The notes under the pieces were generated by a model, which was not told the origin of the DNA, did not search any database, and was given only the letters and a program-made list of their open reading frames with translations. The translations under genes and the position numbers were made by a program. DNA of 64,000 nt from Escherichia coli (GTDB lineage Bacteria > Pseudomonadota > Gammaproteobacteria > Enterobacterales > Enterobacteriaceae): NCBI RefSeq assembly GCF_003790525.1, contig NZ_CP033635.1. One strand, 5' to 3'. Within the stretch, counting starts at the first letter, position 1; every line of letters starts with the position of its first letter. Below are positions 1 to 16,080 of this stretch, piece by piece.

Positions 1-1410
1 CCAGAAACAACGGTAAAAGAAGCCCGCGATCGCGTGCGCAGCGCCATTATCAATAGCGGATATGAATATCCGGCGAAAAAAATCACCATCAACCTTGCTC
101 CAGCCGATCTGCCAAAAGAAGGGGGACGATATGATTTACCTATCGCCATTGCGTTGCTGGCAGCCTCAGAACAGCTTACAGCCAATAAGTTAGATGAATA
201 TGAATTAGTCGGAGAACTGGCGCTTACAGGCGCTCTGCGTGGCGTTCCCGGCGCAATCTCCAGTGCAACTGAAGCCATTAAGTCGGGCAGAAAAATTATC
301 GTCGCGAAAGATAACGAGGATGAAGTGGGGCTAATTAACGGTGAAGGATGCCTGATAGCCGATCATCTGCAGGCTGTCTGTGCGTTTCTGGAGGGTAAGC
401 ACGCTCTCGAACGCCCGAAACCAACTGATGCAGTATCCCGGGCGCTACAACATGATCTCAGTGATGTTGTCGGTCAGGAGCAAGGAAAGCGAGGACTGGA
501 AATTACCGCCGCTGGCGGGCACAACCTTTTACTGATTGGACCGCCGGGAACAGGTAAAACAATGCTCGCCAGCCGTATTAATGGCCTTTTGCCAGATTTA
601 AGCAATGAAGAGGCACTGGAGAGCGCTGCGATATTAAGTCTGGTAAATGCTGAATCAGTACAAAAACAATGGCGGCAGCGCCCGTTCCGCTCACCTCATC
701 ACAGTGCGTCGTTAACTGCGATGGTGGGCGGTGGTGCAATTCCAGGGCCAGGTGAAATTTCGCTGGCGCATAACGGCGTGCTTTTTCTTGATGAGCTACC
801 TGAATTTGAACGGCGTACACTGGATGCCTTGCGAGAGCCGATTGAATCCGGGCAGATCCATCTTTCACGCACACGAGCAAAAATAACCTATCCAGCCCGT
901 TTCCAGCTTGTCGCGGCGATGAATCCCAGCCCTACCGGACATTATCAGGGAAACCATAACCGCTGCACACCAGAACAGACATTACGTTATCTCAACCGGC
1001 TCTCGGGGCCCTTTCTCGACCGCTTCGATCTCTCACTAGAGATCCCATTACCGCCCCCCGGCATTTTGAGTAAAACGGTAGTGCAGGGAGAAAACAGCAC
1101 CACCGTTAAACAACGTGTAATGGCCGCCAGAGAGCGCCAATTTAAGCGGCAGAATAAACTGAACGCCTGGCTGGATAATCCGGAAATACGCCAATTCTGC
1201 AAGCTTGAGAGCGAAGATGCGCAGTGGCTGGAAGAAACGCTGATCCATCTGGGGTTATCGATTCGTGCCTGGCAGCGGTTATTGAAAGTTGCACGAACCA
1301 TTGCTGATATTGATCAGTCTGACATTATCACACGTCAGCATTTGCAGGAGGCAGTTAGCTATCGTGCGATTGACCGTTTGCTCATCCATCTGCAAAAACT
1401 ACTGACATAA
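1..1410 (+). CDS. comM: ComM/YifB Mg-chelatase-like AAA+ ATPase, 5' end cut by window edge
   Basis: ORF 34..1410 is in frame with position 1 and open from the window start; translation (PETTVKEARDRVRSAIINSGYEYPAKKITINLAPADLPKEGGRYDLPIAI..., Walker A GPPGTGKT) matches YifB/ComM; stop TAA 1408-1410. Confidence 0.9.
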   Translation, partial: PETTVKEARDRVRSAIINSGYEYPAKKITINLAPADLPKEGGRYDLPIAIALLAASEQLTANKLDEYELVGELALTGALRGVPGAISSATEAIKSGRKIIVAKDNEDEVGLINGEGCLIADHLQAVCAFLEGKHALERPKPTDAVSRALQHDLSDVVGQEQGKRGLEITAAGGHNLLLIGPPGTGKTMLASRINGLLPDLSNEEALESAAILSLVNAESVQKQWRQRPFRSPHHSASLTAMVGGGAIPGPGEISLAHNGVLFLDELPEFERRTLDALREPIESGQIHLSRTRAKITYPARFQLVAAMNPSPTGHYQGNHNRCTPEQTLRYLNRLSGPFLDRFDLSLEIPLPPPGILSKTVVQGENSTTVKQRVMAARERQFKRQNKLNAWLDNPEIRQFCKLESEDAQWLEETLIHLGLSIRAWQRLLKVARTIADIDQSDIITRQHLQEAVSYRAIDRLLIHLQKLLT

Positions 1411-1434
1411 AAAAAGGGCATTTCGCCCTTTTTA
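1411..1434. terminator. Bidirectional hairpin between convergent comM and maoP
   Basis: aaaaaGGGCatttcGCCCttttt: A-run, GC stem, T-run, lying between the two stop codons. Confidence 0.55.
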
Positions 1435-1773
1435 TTAATCGTCAGAATCGGTGTAGTCTTCAGCACCTTCAACCTGCGGTTTACCGCCGGAAAGGGTGTG
1501 AAAACGTTTTGGACGCTTGATACGCGTCATATACTTGGACCACACGCGTTCTGCTTCTGTCACTGGCTCACGTTCGCCACGGCATACTGCTACGAAGAGT
1601 TTCTCTTCCTCGGTAACCGGCTCGCGTTTGCCAAGATCCAACTCATTGAAGGCATAACCATGACGCTCAAGCAGTTGTGCCTCTTTGATGGTGAAGTCAC
1701 CATGACGAGAGAATCCACGTGGATAATGTTTATTGTCGAAATATCGATTAGTCGTCGTAAAGCTTTCCGCCAT
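1435..1773 (-). CDS. maoP: MaoP/YifE, 112 aa
   Basis: Translation [42 protein letters not shown]... recognised as YifE; conserved position between comM and hdfR. Confidence 0.85.
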   Translation of the reverse strand: MAESFTTTNRYFDNKHYPRGFSRHGDFTIKEAQLLERHGYAFNELDLGKREPVTEEEKLFVAVCRGEREPVTEAERVWSKYMTRIKRPKRFHTLSGGKPQVEGAEDYTDSDD

Positions 1774-1891
1774 CCTGCACGCTCCTAATTCTTTGACCGA
1801 GCTAGTTATGGCGCGGAGTATTAGTTACGCTTGACAGAGTGTAAAACAAAACATTTAAATCATAACGACAAATAATTTTGCGGAGAGCACT

Positions 1892-2731
1892 GTGGATACG
1901 GAATTGTTAAAAACTTTCCTGGAAGTTAGCCGAACGCGTCACTTTGGTCGAGCGGCTGAATCGCTCTATCTGACCCAATCAGCCGTGAGCTTTCGAATCA
2001 GACAACTGGAAAATCAACTGGGTGTGAATCTTTTCACCCGCCACAGAAACAATATCCGTTTAACCGCTGCCGGTGAAAAACTACTGCCTTATGCAGAAAC
2101 GCTCATGAGCACCTGGCAGGCCGCCCGTAAGGAGGTGGCGCATACCTCACGACATAACGAGTTTTCTATCGGTGCCAGCGCCTCATTGTGGGAATGTATG
2201 CTTAATCAGTGGCTGGGACGCTTGTATCAAAATCAAGATGCCCATACAGGCTTACAGTTCGAAGCGCGAATTGCCCAACGACAGTCTCTGGTAAAACAGC
2301 TGCATGAACGCCAGCTTGATCTTCTTATTACCACTGAAGCGCCCAAAATGGACGAATTTAGTAGTCAGTTGCTGGGGTATTTCACTTTAGCGCTTTATAC
2401 CAGTGCCCCTTCTAAACTAAAGGGAGATCTTAACTATCTGCGACTGGAGTGGGGGCCAGATTTTCAACAGCATGAGGCAGGTTTGATCGATGCTGACGAA
2501 GTTCCCATTCTGACAACCAGTTCTGCTGAACTGGCACAGCAACAGATTGCGATGCTTAATGGTTGCACCTGGCTACCCGTCAGTTGGGCGCGTAAAAAGG
2601 GCGGCCTGCATACCGTTGTCGATAGCACAACACTTTCACGGCCGCTTTATGCCATATGGCTGCAAAATAGCGATAAAAATGCGTTGATTCGCGATCTATT
2701 GAAAATTAACGTGCTGGATGAAGTGTATTAA
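1892..2731 (+). CDS. hdfR: LysR-family transcriptional regulator HdfR, 279 aa, GTG start
   Basis: N-terminal LysR helix-turn-helix ([28 protein letters not shown]); GTG at 1892; divergent from maoP. Confidence 0.9.
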   Translation: MDTELLKTFLEVSRTRHFGRAAESLYLTQSAVSFRIRQLENQLGVNLFTRHRNNIRLTAAGEKLLPYAETLMSTWQAARKEVAHTSRHNEFSIGASASLWECMLNQWLGRLYQNQDAHTGLQFEARIAQRQSLVKQLHERQLDLLITTEAPKMDEFSSQLLGYFTLALYTSAPSKLKGDLNYLRLEWGPDFQQHEAGLIDADEVPILTTSSAELAQQQIAMLNGCTWLPVSWARKKGGLHTVVDSTTLSRPLYAIWLQNSDKNALIRDLLKINVLDEVY

Positions 2732-2790
2732 TCTGAATGGCTGGCAAGGATGCTGGTAGAAGGATTTACTTCGGAGAGGTTATTTCAGAT

Positions 2791-2819
2791 AAAAAAAATC
2801 CTTAGCTTTCGCTAAGGAT
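2791..2819 (-). terminator. rRNA operon terminator (hairpin plus U-run on minus strand)
   Basis: aaaaaaaATCCTTAGCtttcGCTAAGGAT immediately distal to tRNA-Trp. Confidence 0.6.
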
Positions 2820-2825
2820 GATTTC

Positions 2826-2901
2826 TGGCAGGGGCGGAGAGACTCGAACTCCCAACACCCGGTTTTGGAGACCGGTGCTCTACCAATTGAACTACGCCCC
2901 T
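2826..2901 (-). tRNA. trpT: tRNA-Trp (CCA), 76 nt
   Basis: Reverse complement reads AGGGGCGTAGTTCAATTGGTAGAGCACCGGTCTCCAAAACCGGGTGTTGGGAGTTCGAGTCTCTCCGCCCCTGCCA. Confidence 0.95.
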
Positions 2902-2909
2902 AATTAGGG

Positions 2910-2986
2910 TGGCGGAACGGACGGGACTCGAACCCGCGACCCCCTGCGTGACAGGCAGGTATTCTAACCGACTGAACTACCGCTCC
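2910..2986 (-). tRNA. aspT: tRNA-Asp (GUC), 77 nt
   Basis: Reverse complement reads GGAGCGGTAGTTCAGTCGGTTAGAATACCTGCCTGTCACGCAGGGGGTCGCGGGTTCGAGTCCCGTCCGTTCCGCCA. Confidence 0.95.
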
Positions 2987-3038
2987 ACCGAATTCTTTTA
3001 CAACCACCGGTTTTATGACCGGCTTACTGCTTAATTTG

Positions 3039-3158
3039 ATGCCTGGCAGTTCCCTACTCTCGCATGGGGAGACCCCACACTACCATCGGCGCTACGGCGT
3101 TTCACTTCTGAGTTCGGCATGGGGTCAGGTGGGACCACCGCGCTAAGGCCGCCAGGCA
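3039..3158 (-). rRNA. rrfC: 5S rRNA, 120 nt
   Basis: Reverse complement begins TGCCTGGCGGCC...GGGAACTGCCAGGCAT, the E. coli 5S sequence. Confidence 0.95.
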
Positions 3159-3252
3159 AATTCTGTTTATCAGACCGCTTCTGCGTTCTGATTTAATCTG
3201 TTATCAAGCTTACTTATCGATGTCTCTTCCGCCAAAACATCTTCGGCGTTGT

Positions 3253-6158
<2,906 letters not shown>

Positions 6159-6342
6159 TCACAACCCGAAGATGTTTCACTTCAGAGTTGCGAAAATTTG
6201 AGAGACTCACGAACAACTTTCGTTGTTCAGTGTTTCAATTTTCAGCTTGATCCAGATTTTTAAAGAGCAAATATCTCAAACGTCACCCGAAGATGAGTTT
6301 TGAGATATTAAGGCAGGTGACTTTCACTCACAAACCAGCAAG

Positions 6343-6418
6343 TGGCGTCCCCTAGGGGATTCGAACCCCTGTTACCGCCGTGAAAGGGCGGTGTCCTGGG
6401 CCTCTAGACGAAGGGGAC
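6343..6418 (-). tRNA. gltU: tRNA-Glu (UUC) in the 16S-23S spacer
   Basis: Reverse complement reads GTCCCCTTCGTCTAGAGGCCCAGGACACCGCCCTTTCACGGCGGTAACAGGGGTTCGAATCCCCTAGGGGACGCCA. Confidence 0.95.
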
Positions 6419-6503
6419 GTGTCAGTCTGCTTCGCAAGACGCCTTGCTTTTCACTTTCTATCAGACAATCTGTGTGAGCACTGCAAAGTACGCTTCTTTA
6501 AGG

Positions 6504-8045
<1,542 letters not shown>

Positions 8046-8224
8046 AAAAGTTTGATGCTCAAAGAATTAAACTTCGTAATGAATTACGTGTTCACTCTTG
8101 AGACTTGGTATTCATTTTTCGTCTTGCGACGTTAAGAATCCGTATCTTCGAGTGCCCACACAGATTGTCTGATAAATTGTTAAAGAGCAGTGCCGCTTCG
8201 CTTTTTCTCAGCGGCGCGGGGTGT

Positions 8225-8256
8225 GCATAATACGCTTTCCCGCCACAGAGTCAAGC
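8225..8256 (-). promoter_or_regulatory. rrn P2 promoter
   Basis: Minus-strand -35 TTGACTC (8248-8254) and -10 TATTATG (8227-8232) upstream of the 16S gene. Confidence 0.6.
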
Positions 8257-8339
8257 ATTTTTTTGCTTTCTCTGTTGAGATTCTCAGGAGAACCCCGCTG
8301 ACCCGGCGGCGTGTTTGCCGTTGTTCCGTGTCAGTGGTG

Positions 8340-8396
8340 GCGCATTATAGGGAGTTATTCCGGCCTGACAAGAGGAAATTTAAAATAATTTTCTGA
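8340..8396 (-). promoter_or_regulatory. rrn P1 promoter with AT-rich UP element
   Basis: Minus-strand -35 TTGTCA (8366-8371), -10 TATAAT (8344-8349), A/T-rich UP element 8373-8396. Confidence 0.65.
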
Positions 8397-8523
8397 CCGC
8401 GCATTTTTTCAGCAAAAGCCCCGTTAATGTGCCATAAAACAAGCAATTTGCCGTTTTTGCAACCGTAATCACACTTCCTGGTGGCATACTAAGGAGGAAT
8501 AAAAAGAAAAAGGAAGATTAGTA

Positions 8524-9216
8524 ATGCCTTTAAGCGCACAACAGTTAGCTGCACAGAAAAACCTTTCGTATGTTCTGGCTGAGAAGCTGGCGCAACGCAT
8601 CTTAAAAGGTGAATATGAACCCGGCACCATTTTGCCTGGTGAGATTGAGCTGGGCGAGCAATTTGGAGTGAGTCGTACAGCGGTACGCGAAGCGGTCAAA
8701 ACGTTAACGGCAAAAGGGATGGTTTTACCGCGACCGCGAATTGGTACCCGGGTCATGCCACAATCAAACTGGAATTTTCTTGATCAGGAATTGCTTACCT
8801 GGTGGATGACAGAAGAGAACTTTCATCAGGTCATCGATCACTTTCTGGTTATGCGTATCTGTCTGGAGCCGCAAGCTTGCCTACTGGCTGCAACGGTTGG
8901 CACCGCGGAACAGAAGGCGCATCTCAATACGTTAATGGCCGAAATGGTGGCATTAAAAGAGAACTTTCGCCGTGAACGCTGGATTGAGGTCGATATGGCC
9001 TGGCATGAGCATATCTATGAAATGAGCGCCAATCCGTTTTTGACCTCATTCGCCTCGCTATTCCATTCGGTTTATCACACTTACTTCACGTCAATAACCA
9101 GCGACACAGTGATAAAGCTGGATCTGCACCAGGCGATTGTCGATGCGATTATCCAAAGCGATGGCGACGCGGCATTTAAAGCTTGTCAGGCGCTGCTACG
9201 CTCACCAGATAAGTGA
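8524..9216 (+). CDS. yieP: GntR/FadR-family transcriptional regulator YieP, 230 aa
   Basis: N-terminal GntR-type HTH (GEIELGEQFGVSRTAVREAVKTL) with FadR-like C-terminal domain; RBS AAGGAGG upstream. Confidence 0.85.
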   Translation: MPLSAQQLAAQKNLSYVLAEKLAQRILKGEYEPGTILPGEIELGEQFGVSRTAVREAVKTLTAKGMVLPRPRIGTRVMPQSNWNFLDQELLTWWMTEENFHQVIDHFLVMRICLEPQACLLAATVGTAEQKAHLNTLMAEMVALKENFRRERWIEVDMAWHEHIYEMSANPFLTSFASLFHSVYHTYFTSITSDTVIKLDLHQAIVDAIIQSDGDAAFKACQALLRSPDK

Positions 9217-9238
9217 TAACCCGATAACAGGACATTGA

Positions 9239-10666
9239 ATGAGCGATAAAAAGAAGCGCAGTATGGCGGGTTTGCCGTGGATCGCGGCGATGGCCTTCTT
9301 CATGCAGGCACTTGATGCCACTATTCTGAATACCGCCTTACCCGCAATCGCTCATAGCCTTAATCGTTCTCCTCTCGCGATGCAATCAGCCATCATCAGT
9401 TATACGCTGACGGTGGCGATGCTTATTCCGGTAAGCGGATGGCTAGCCGATCGCTTCGGTACGCGTCGCATATTTACCCTTGCCGTGAGTCTGTTCACGT
9501 TGGGTTCTCTGGCCTGCGCACTTTCTAACTCGCTACCACAGCTGGTTGTCTTCCGGGTTATTCAAGGGATAGGCGGCGCAATGATGATGCCTGTTGCTCG
9601 GCTGGCCTTACTGCGCGCTTATCCTCGTAATGAGCTTCTTCCTGTATTGAATTTTGTCGCCATGCCGGGTCTGGTGGGGCCAATTTTAGGCCCCGTTCTT
9701 GGCGGCGTGCTGGTCACCTGGGCAACCTGGCACTGGATATTTTTAATCAATATCCCCATAGGTATTGCGGGCCTTCTTTACGCGCGCAAACATATGCCCA
9801 ATTTCACCACCGCACGACGCAGATTCGATATCACTGGCTTTTTGCTGTTTGGCCTTAGCCTTGTTCTCTTCTCAAGCGGAATAGAGCTATTCGGGGAAAA
9901 GATTGTCGCCAGTTGGATTGCCTTGACGGTAATTGTCACCAGCATCGGGTTACTGCTTCTCTATATTCTCCATGCACGACGCACGCCAAACCCATTAATT
10001 TCATTAGATTTATTTAAAACCCGCACTTTCTCGATCGGTATCGTAGGCAATATTGCAACCCGTCTGGGGACCGGTTGTGTACCGTTCCTTATGCCATTGA
10101 TGTTACAGGTAGGATTTGGTTATCAGGCGTTTATTGCCGGCTGTATGATGGCACCGACAGCGTTAGGTTCCATTATTGCAAAATCGATGGTTACCCAAGT
10201 CTTACGTCGTCTGGGCTATCGCCATACGTTAGTGGGGATCACGGTGATTATTGGGCTAATGATCGCTCAGTTCTCTTTGCAATCACCGGCAATGGCGATA
10301 TGGATGCTGATCTTGCCGTTGTTTATATTAGGGATGGCTATGTCGACGCAATTTACCGCGATGAATACCATCACACTTGCCGATCTGACCGATGACAACG
10401 CCAGCAGCGGTAACAGTGTTCTGGCGGTCACGCAGCAACTGTCTATCAGTTTAGGCGTTGCTGTAAGTGCGGCCGTCCTTCGCGTTTATGAAGGGATGGA
10501 AGGCACAACGACTGTCGAACAATTCCACTATACGTTTATCACGATGGGCATTATTACTGTTGCTTCAGCAGCAATGTTCATGCTTCTGAAAACAACCGAT
10601 GGTAATAATTTGATCAAAAGACAGCGTAAATCTAAGCCGAACCGCGTTCCATCAGAATCGGAGTAA
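9239..10666 (+). CDS. hsrA: MFS efflux transporter HsrA/YieO, 475 aa
   Basis: Highly hydrophobic multi-span translation with MFS signature [11 protein letters not shown]; conserved position next to yieP. Confidence 0.85.
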
Positions 10667-11624
10667 GTTGTAATCGTTGTTGCTGAAGGGTCGGTTGGGT
10701 TATCCGATGGATGAGTACATCAATCGCCAGCTCCCCCAGTTCATCTTTCGGTTGATGGATAGTGGTTAATGGTGGCGTCATAAAGCTTGCCAGTTCGATA
10801 TCGTCATAGCCAATCACCGCGATATCCTGCGGAACCTGTAACTCTGCCTGATATAGCGCCTGGTAAACGCCAACAGCCATAGCGTCATTTCCGGTAAAGA
10901 CGGCCTGAGGACGCAGCGGATGTGATAACAGTTGGCGCATAGCGTCAAACCCGCCGTTAAATTCAAAATCACCAGTGACTTCATAGCCATCAGGAATGTT
11001 GAGACCCGCACGTTTCATCGCCGCCCGATAACCTTCCAACCTCAGGCGCGCCGGAGTTTTATCCAGCGGGCCGGTAATACAGGCGATACGGGTATGACCT
11101 TTATCGATCAGATATTGCGTTGCTAAGTCTCCGCCCAGCAACGAGTTATCCTGAATAAGATCGCTGTCGCCATCGAACGGTGCCCAGTCCATCATCACGG
11201 TAGGCACTGTCGGATAACGTTGCATGATTTCACGCGAAGGCTGATGCGTTTCGGTGCACAGTAACAGCAAGCCATCAACGCGTTTTTGCATCAGCGTTTC
11301 CAGATTGCGATTCATCCGTTGTTCATCGCCTTCGGTATTGCAAAGGACGAGACTATAACCGCGTTCGAAGCAGCTGCGTTCAACGCCACGCACCAGTTCT
11401 GAATAGAAAGGATTGGTACTGGCAGTGATCAACATGCCAATGGTATGTGTTTGATTGAGTTTGAGGCTACGCGCCAGAGCTGATGGCGCGTAATTGAGTT
11501 CTTTAATCGCCGCTTCAACTTTGGCGGTAATCGCTTCACTGACGAAGCGATCTTTATTGATAACGTGAGAAACTGTTGAGGTAGAAACGCCCGCCAGGCG
11601 GGCAACATCTTTCATTGTAGCCAA
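10632..11624 (-). CDS. rbsR: Ribose operon repressor RbsR (LacI family), 330 aa
   Basis: N-terminal Lac[27 protein letters not shown]; 3' end overlaps hsrA convergently by 35 bp. Confidence 0.9.
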
Positions 11625-11627
11625 GCG

Positions 11628-12557
11628 TCACCTCTGCCTGTCTAAAAATGCGTCGATCTCTTCACGCCACGGTACGGAAGGTTGTGCGCCTTTACGTGTT
11701 ACGGCAATCGCAGCGGCAGCATGGGCAAACCGAATCGCCTCTGGCAATGGTTTTTCTTCCAGCAACGCCGTGATTAACGCGCCGTTAAAGGTATCTCCGG
11801 CAGCAATGGTATCGACAGCCTGCACCCGGAATCCAGGAACGCGCTGACCTTCACCATTCACGCTAGCCCATACACCACGACTTCCTAAAGTAATCAGTAC
11901 AGTACGGATACCTTTTTCATGCAGTACCTGCGCCGCCTTCGCTGCATCTTCATCATTTTCAACACGAATACCGGTGAGCTTTTCTGCTTCCGTTTCGTTT
12001 GGCGTAATAATGTCCACCAGTGCCAGCAGTTCGTCAGGAAGTTCGCGAGCCGGAGCCGGGTTAAGCGCAACGATAGTCTTATTTTGATGGGCGATTTTCG
12101 CCGCTGCCATCACACTTTCGAGTGGTGATTCCAGCTGCATTAATAATGCTGACGCGTTGGCAATACGCTCACGTTGCGCTTCCACCAGTGCCGGGGAAAG
12201 GGCAGCATTAGCGCCGGCATGAATACCGATGACATTCTCACCTTCGCCATTAACAAAAATCAGCGCCACACCTGTTGATTCGCCTTTGATCACGCTGACC
12301 GGAGAAATATCGATGTTATCAGTGGCGAGCTGCTGGCGAACGCTCTCACCAATGCTGTCATCGCCAGTGCAGGCAATAAACGCGATATTCGCACCGCTAC
12401 GCCCAGCAGCCACAGCCTGATTAGCGCCTTTGCCGCCAAATGCAACCTGATAGTGGTTACCGGTTACGGTTTCGCCTGGGGTAGGAAAAGATTGAAGATT
12501 AAGAATGTGGTCAGCATTAATGCTGCCAAGAACAACGAGGCTGCCTGCGTTTTGCAT
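11628..12557 (-). CDS. rbsK: Ribokinase, 309 aa from the internal Met
   Basis: PfkB-family motifs (GGKGANQA, DTIAAGDTFNGA); ORF track begins 9 codons upstream at 12584. Confidence 0.9.
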   Translation of the reverse strand: MQNAGSLVVLGSINADHILNLQSFPTPGETVTGNHYQVAFGGKGANQAVAAGRSGANIAFIACTGDDSIGESVRQQLATDNIDISPVSVIKGESTGVALIFVNGEGENVIGIHAGANAALSPALVEAQRERIANASALLMQLESPLESVMAAAKIAHQNKTIVALNPAPARELPDELLALVDIITPNETEAEKLTGIRVENDEDAAKAAQVLHEKGIRTVLITLGSRGVWASVNGEGQRVPGFRVQAVDTIAAGDTFNGALITALLEEKPLPEAIRFAHAAAAIAVTRKGAQPSVPWREEIDAFLDRQR

Positions 12558-12682
12558 ATTCGGGATGTCCATAAAATGCGCCACCGTGTTAGGGTGGCGC
12601 GTGCCCTGCTTTTCTTTATATTACACGTTCATCTGTCGATGCCGTATTTATGTCACCATCAGGTCATACAACCTGATTAAAA

Positions 12683-13573
12683 CTACTGCTTAACAACCAG
12701 TTTCAGATCAACCGGATACTTAGCCTGAACTTTCTCACCTTTCAGTACTTTATCGGCGGTTTCGACGCCTTTCGCGCCAATCTGATCGGGTAGCTGAGCG
12801 ATAGTCGCTGCTAGTTTGCCATCATTCACCGCTTTTTCGCCATCCGGTGTACCGTCAAATCCGACGACCATCACATCCGATTTACCGGCAGTTTGCAGTG
12901 CGCGCAGCGCGCCCAGCGCCATTTCATCATTCTGCGCGAATACAGCCTGAACATCCGGATGTGCGGTCAACAGGTTCTGCATTACGTTCAAACCTTTAGT
13001 GCGATCAAAATCTGCTGGCTGGCTGGCAAGAACATTAAACTTGTGAGCAGCAACAGCCTGCTGGAAGCCTTCGCCACGTTCACGGGCTGCGGATGTACCG
13101 GCAATGCCTTGCAGCTCGATAACTTTGGCACCTTCACCCGCTTTCTTCGCGATGTAATCACCGGCGATTTTGCCGCCCAGTACGTTATCAGAAGCAATGT
13201 GGCTCACCACTTCACCTTTCGTTGCCTGGCGGTCAAGAGTGATAACCGGGATGTTCGCCTGGTTAGCCATCTTCACAGCATTACCCACTGCGTCGGAGTC
13301 GGTCGGGTTAATCAGCAGAATTTTGGTGCCGCGAACGGTTAAGTCCTGCACGTTCGCCAGCTCTTTCGCCGGGTTATTCTGGGAGTCCAGCACCACCAGG
13401 TTATAGCCAAGTTTATCCGCCTCTTTCTGCGCGCCATCTTTCAGCGATACAAAGAACGGGTTGTTAAGCGTGGAGACCACCAGCGCGATGGTGTCTTTTG
13501 CCATCGCATTCGCACTGACGGTGGCGCTTAGCGCAACAGCGGAAACCAGGGTAGCCAGTTTTTTCATGTTCAT
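12683..13573 (-). CDS. rbsB: Periplasmic ribose-binding protein
   Basis: Signal peptide [23 protein letters not shown] followed by type I periplasmic binding protein fold; start could be 13579. Confidence 0.9.
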   Translation of the reverse strand: MNMKKLATLVSAVALSATVSANAMAKDTIALVVSTLNNPFFVSLKDGAQKEADKLGYNLVVLDSQNNPAKELANVQDLTVRGTKILLINPTDSDAVGNAVKMANQANIPVITLDRQATKGEVVSHIASDNVLGGKIAGDYIAKKAGEGAKVIELQGIAGTSAARERGEGFQQAVAAHKFNVLASQPADFDRTKGLNVMQNLLTAHPDVQAVFAQNDEMALGALRALQTAGKSDVMVVGFDGTPDGEKAVNDGKLAATIAQLPDQIGAKGVETADKVLKGEKVQAKYPVDLKLVVKQ

Positions 13574-13597
13574 ATTCAAGATGTCCTGTAGTCGTTA

Positions 13598-14563
13598 TTA
13601 CTGCTTTTTGTTGTCTACCAGCACCGCCAGCAAAATCACCACCGCTTTGACGATCATCTGGTAATAGGAGGAAACACCTAACAAATTCAATCCATTATTA
13701 AGGAAGCCAAGAATTAATGCGCCGATCAACGTCCCAACAATGCGACCTTTTCCGCCCGCCAGACTCGTACCGCCCAGAACCACCGCAGCAATGGCATCCA
13801 GCTCATAGCCAGTCCCCGCCGTAGGTTGTGCGGAGGAGAGACGCGCCACTTCAATGATCCCGGCCAGCGATGCCAGCAGACCACAAAGAGAATAGACGAT
13901 GATTTTGATTTTATTGACGTTGATACCAGAAAGGCGCGTTGCCGCTTCGTTGCCGCCCAGCGCGTAGATGTAACGCCCCAGACGCGTGTGATGCAGCATG
14001 TACCAGGCCGCGAGGAAGACAATTCCCATGATCCAGACTGGCGTCGGTACACCCAGCGGACGACCAATACCAAACCAGCCAAACAGATCGGCGTTCTCAG
14101 TAAAGCCAGTATTCACTGGGCTACCGTTGGTATAAACCATGGTCACGCCGCGCAGTAAAAGCATCATAACCAGCGTAGCGATAAAGGCCTGGACGCGACC
14201 TTTCGCTACAATCACCCCGGTTACCGCACCAATTGCGGCACCTAACGCGAGAGCGGCAGCGACAGCCACCAGCGCATTGACTTCAATGCCAACGATAGAT
14301 GCAGCAACTGCGCCGGTCAGCGCCAATAGAGAACCTACCGACAAGTCGATGCCCGACGTCAGGATCACCAGCGTCATCCCGACTGCCATAATGGCGTTCA
14401 CCGAGGTTTGCTGGAGAATATTGAATAAGTTATTGATGGTGAAAAAGTTCGGGCTTAACGTCGAGACAATCGCGATCAGCACCAGCAGAGCGATAAGCGA
14501 TTTCTGCTCCATCAGCCACGCTTTCGTGAAATAACGGCGACCAGAGACAGTCTGGGTTGTCAT
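13598..14563 (-). CDS. rbsC: Ribose ABC transporter permease, 321 aa
   Basis: Polytopic membrane protein between rbsB and rbsA. Confidence 0.9.
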   Translation of the reverse strand: MTTQTVSGRRYFTKAWLMEQKSLIALLVLIAIVSTLSPNFFTINNLFNILQQTSVNAIMAVGMTLVILTSGIDLSVGSLLALTGAVAASIVGIEVNALVAVAAALALGAAIGAVTGVIVAKGRVQAFIATLVMMLLLRGVTMVYTNGSPVNTGFTENADLFGWFGIGRPLGVPTPVWIMGIVFLAAWYMLHHTRLGRYIYALGGNEAATRLSGINVNKIKIIVYSLCGLLASLAGIIEVARLSSAQPTAGTGYELDAIAAVVLGGTSLAGGKGRIVGTLIGALILGFLNNGLNLLGVSSYYQMIVKAVVILLAVLVDNKKQ

Positions 14564-14567
14564 TTTT

Positions 14568-16073
14568 TTACTCCTGATTCACGCGATTAAGCTTGCCCAC
14601 AGCGGCAGCCATTAACACTTCCTGGGTGGCCTGCTCACGAGTAAATTCCCCGCTGAGATGCCCTTCATGCATGACGATGATGCGATCGCTCATGCCTAAT
14701 ACTTCTGGCATCTCCGATGACACCAGAATGATGCTCAAGCCATCGGCTTTGAACTGGTTAATCAGTTGATAGATCTCTTTTTTCGCGCCGACATCTACGC
14801 CACGGGTAGGCTCATCGAGGATCAACACTTTGGGGCGTGTCATCAGACCACGGGCAATCGCCACTTTTTGCTGATTGCCACCGGAGAGCAGACCAATTGC
14901 CTGTTCCATCGACGGCGTTTTCACATTAAACAGACGAATGAAATCACTTACTGCCTGCTGTTCATCGGCATGCTTCAAACTGCCGCCAGCGCGGCTGAAG
15001 TAGCGCAGCGCTGTCAGCGACATGTTCTCTTTTACTGACATGCCCAGCACTAAACCGTCACGTTTACGGTCTTCGGAGATATACACAATGCCGTTTGCCA
15101 GGCCATCCTGCGGTGAACGGGTAACGACTTCATGCCCATCCAGGGTGACGTAACCGCTGGTGCGCGGCAGTGCGCCGTAGAGCACTTTCATCAGTTCGGT
15201 ACGACCTGCGCCCATCAAACCAGAGACGCCAAGAATTTCGCCTTTGCGTAAAGTAAAAGAGACATCGTTAACGCCAGGTCCGCAGAGATTATCGACTTTC
15301 AGGCGGATATCTCCCGGCGCTTTGTCCAGGTGCGGATATTGATCTTCCAGCTTGCGACCCACCATCATCTCAATCAGCGAATCTTCGGTCAGTGATGCTA
15401 CTTCACGCTCAGCAATAAATTGCCCATCACGAAAAACGGTAACGTCATCGCAAATCTCGAAGATTTCTTTCATGCGGTGGGAGATATAGACAATACCGCG
15501 GCCTTGCGATTTCAGCTCGCGGATGACGCGGAACAAGGATTCGGTTTCGGTATCGGTCAGCGCATCGGTCGGTTCATCCATAATGATGACTTTCGACTCA
15601 AAGCTCAGCACTTTGGCAATTTCAACCATTTGCTGGTCACCGATGGAAAGATCGCCCACCAGCTTGTCGCTTTTAAAGCGCAGGTTAAGTTTAGCCAGCA
15701 ATTTATCCGCTTCGGCATACATGGTTTTCCAGTCAATTTTGCCAAAGCGATTAACAAACTCACGACCGAGGAAAATGTTTTCGGCAATGGTTAACTGCGG
15801 GATCAGGTTCAGTTCCTGGTGGATAATCCCAATCCCGGCTTCCTGGGAAGATTTCGGCCCGGTAAATGTCGTTTCTTTCCCCAGCCATAAAAGCGTGCCG
15901 GCATCGCGAGTATAGATACCAGTAAGCACTTTCATCATGGTGGATTTACCCGCGCCGTTTTCGCCCACCAGCGCCATCACGCGGCCCGGATAGACATTTA
16001 ACGCTGCGCCCGAGAGGGCTTTTACGCCCGGGAAGGCTTTATCGATGCCTTTAAGCTGAAGTAATGCTTCCAT
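14568..16073 (-). CDS. rbsA: Ribose ABC transporter ATPase with tandem ABC domains, 501 aa
   Basis: Two Walker A motifs (GENGAGKST and a second one) and two LSGG signatures. Confidence 0.9.
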
Positions 16074-16080
16074 GACGGCC

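Noticed and set aside
8190-8396. 68-aa ORF upstream of the 16S gene
   Set aside because: It overlaps the rrn P1/P2 promoter region on the opposite strand, with no coding signal.
10632-10666. 35-bp convergent overlap of the hsrA and rbsR 3' ends
   Set aside because: Both ORFs are full length and this arrangement is, as far as I recall, the normal one in E. coli.
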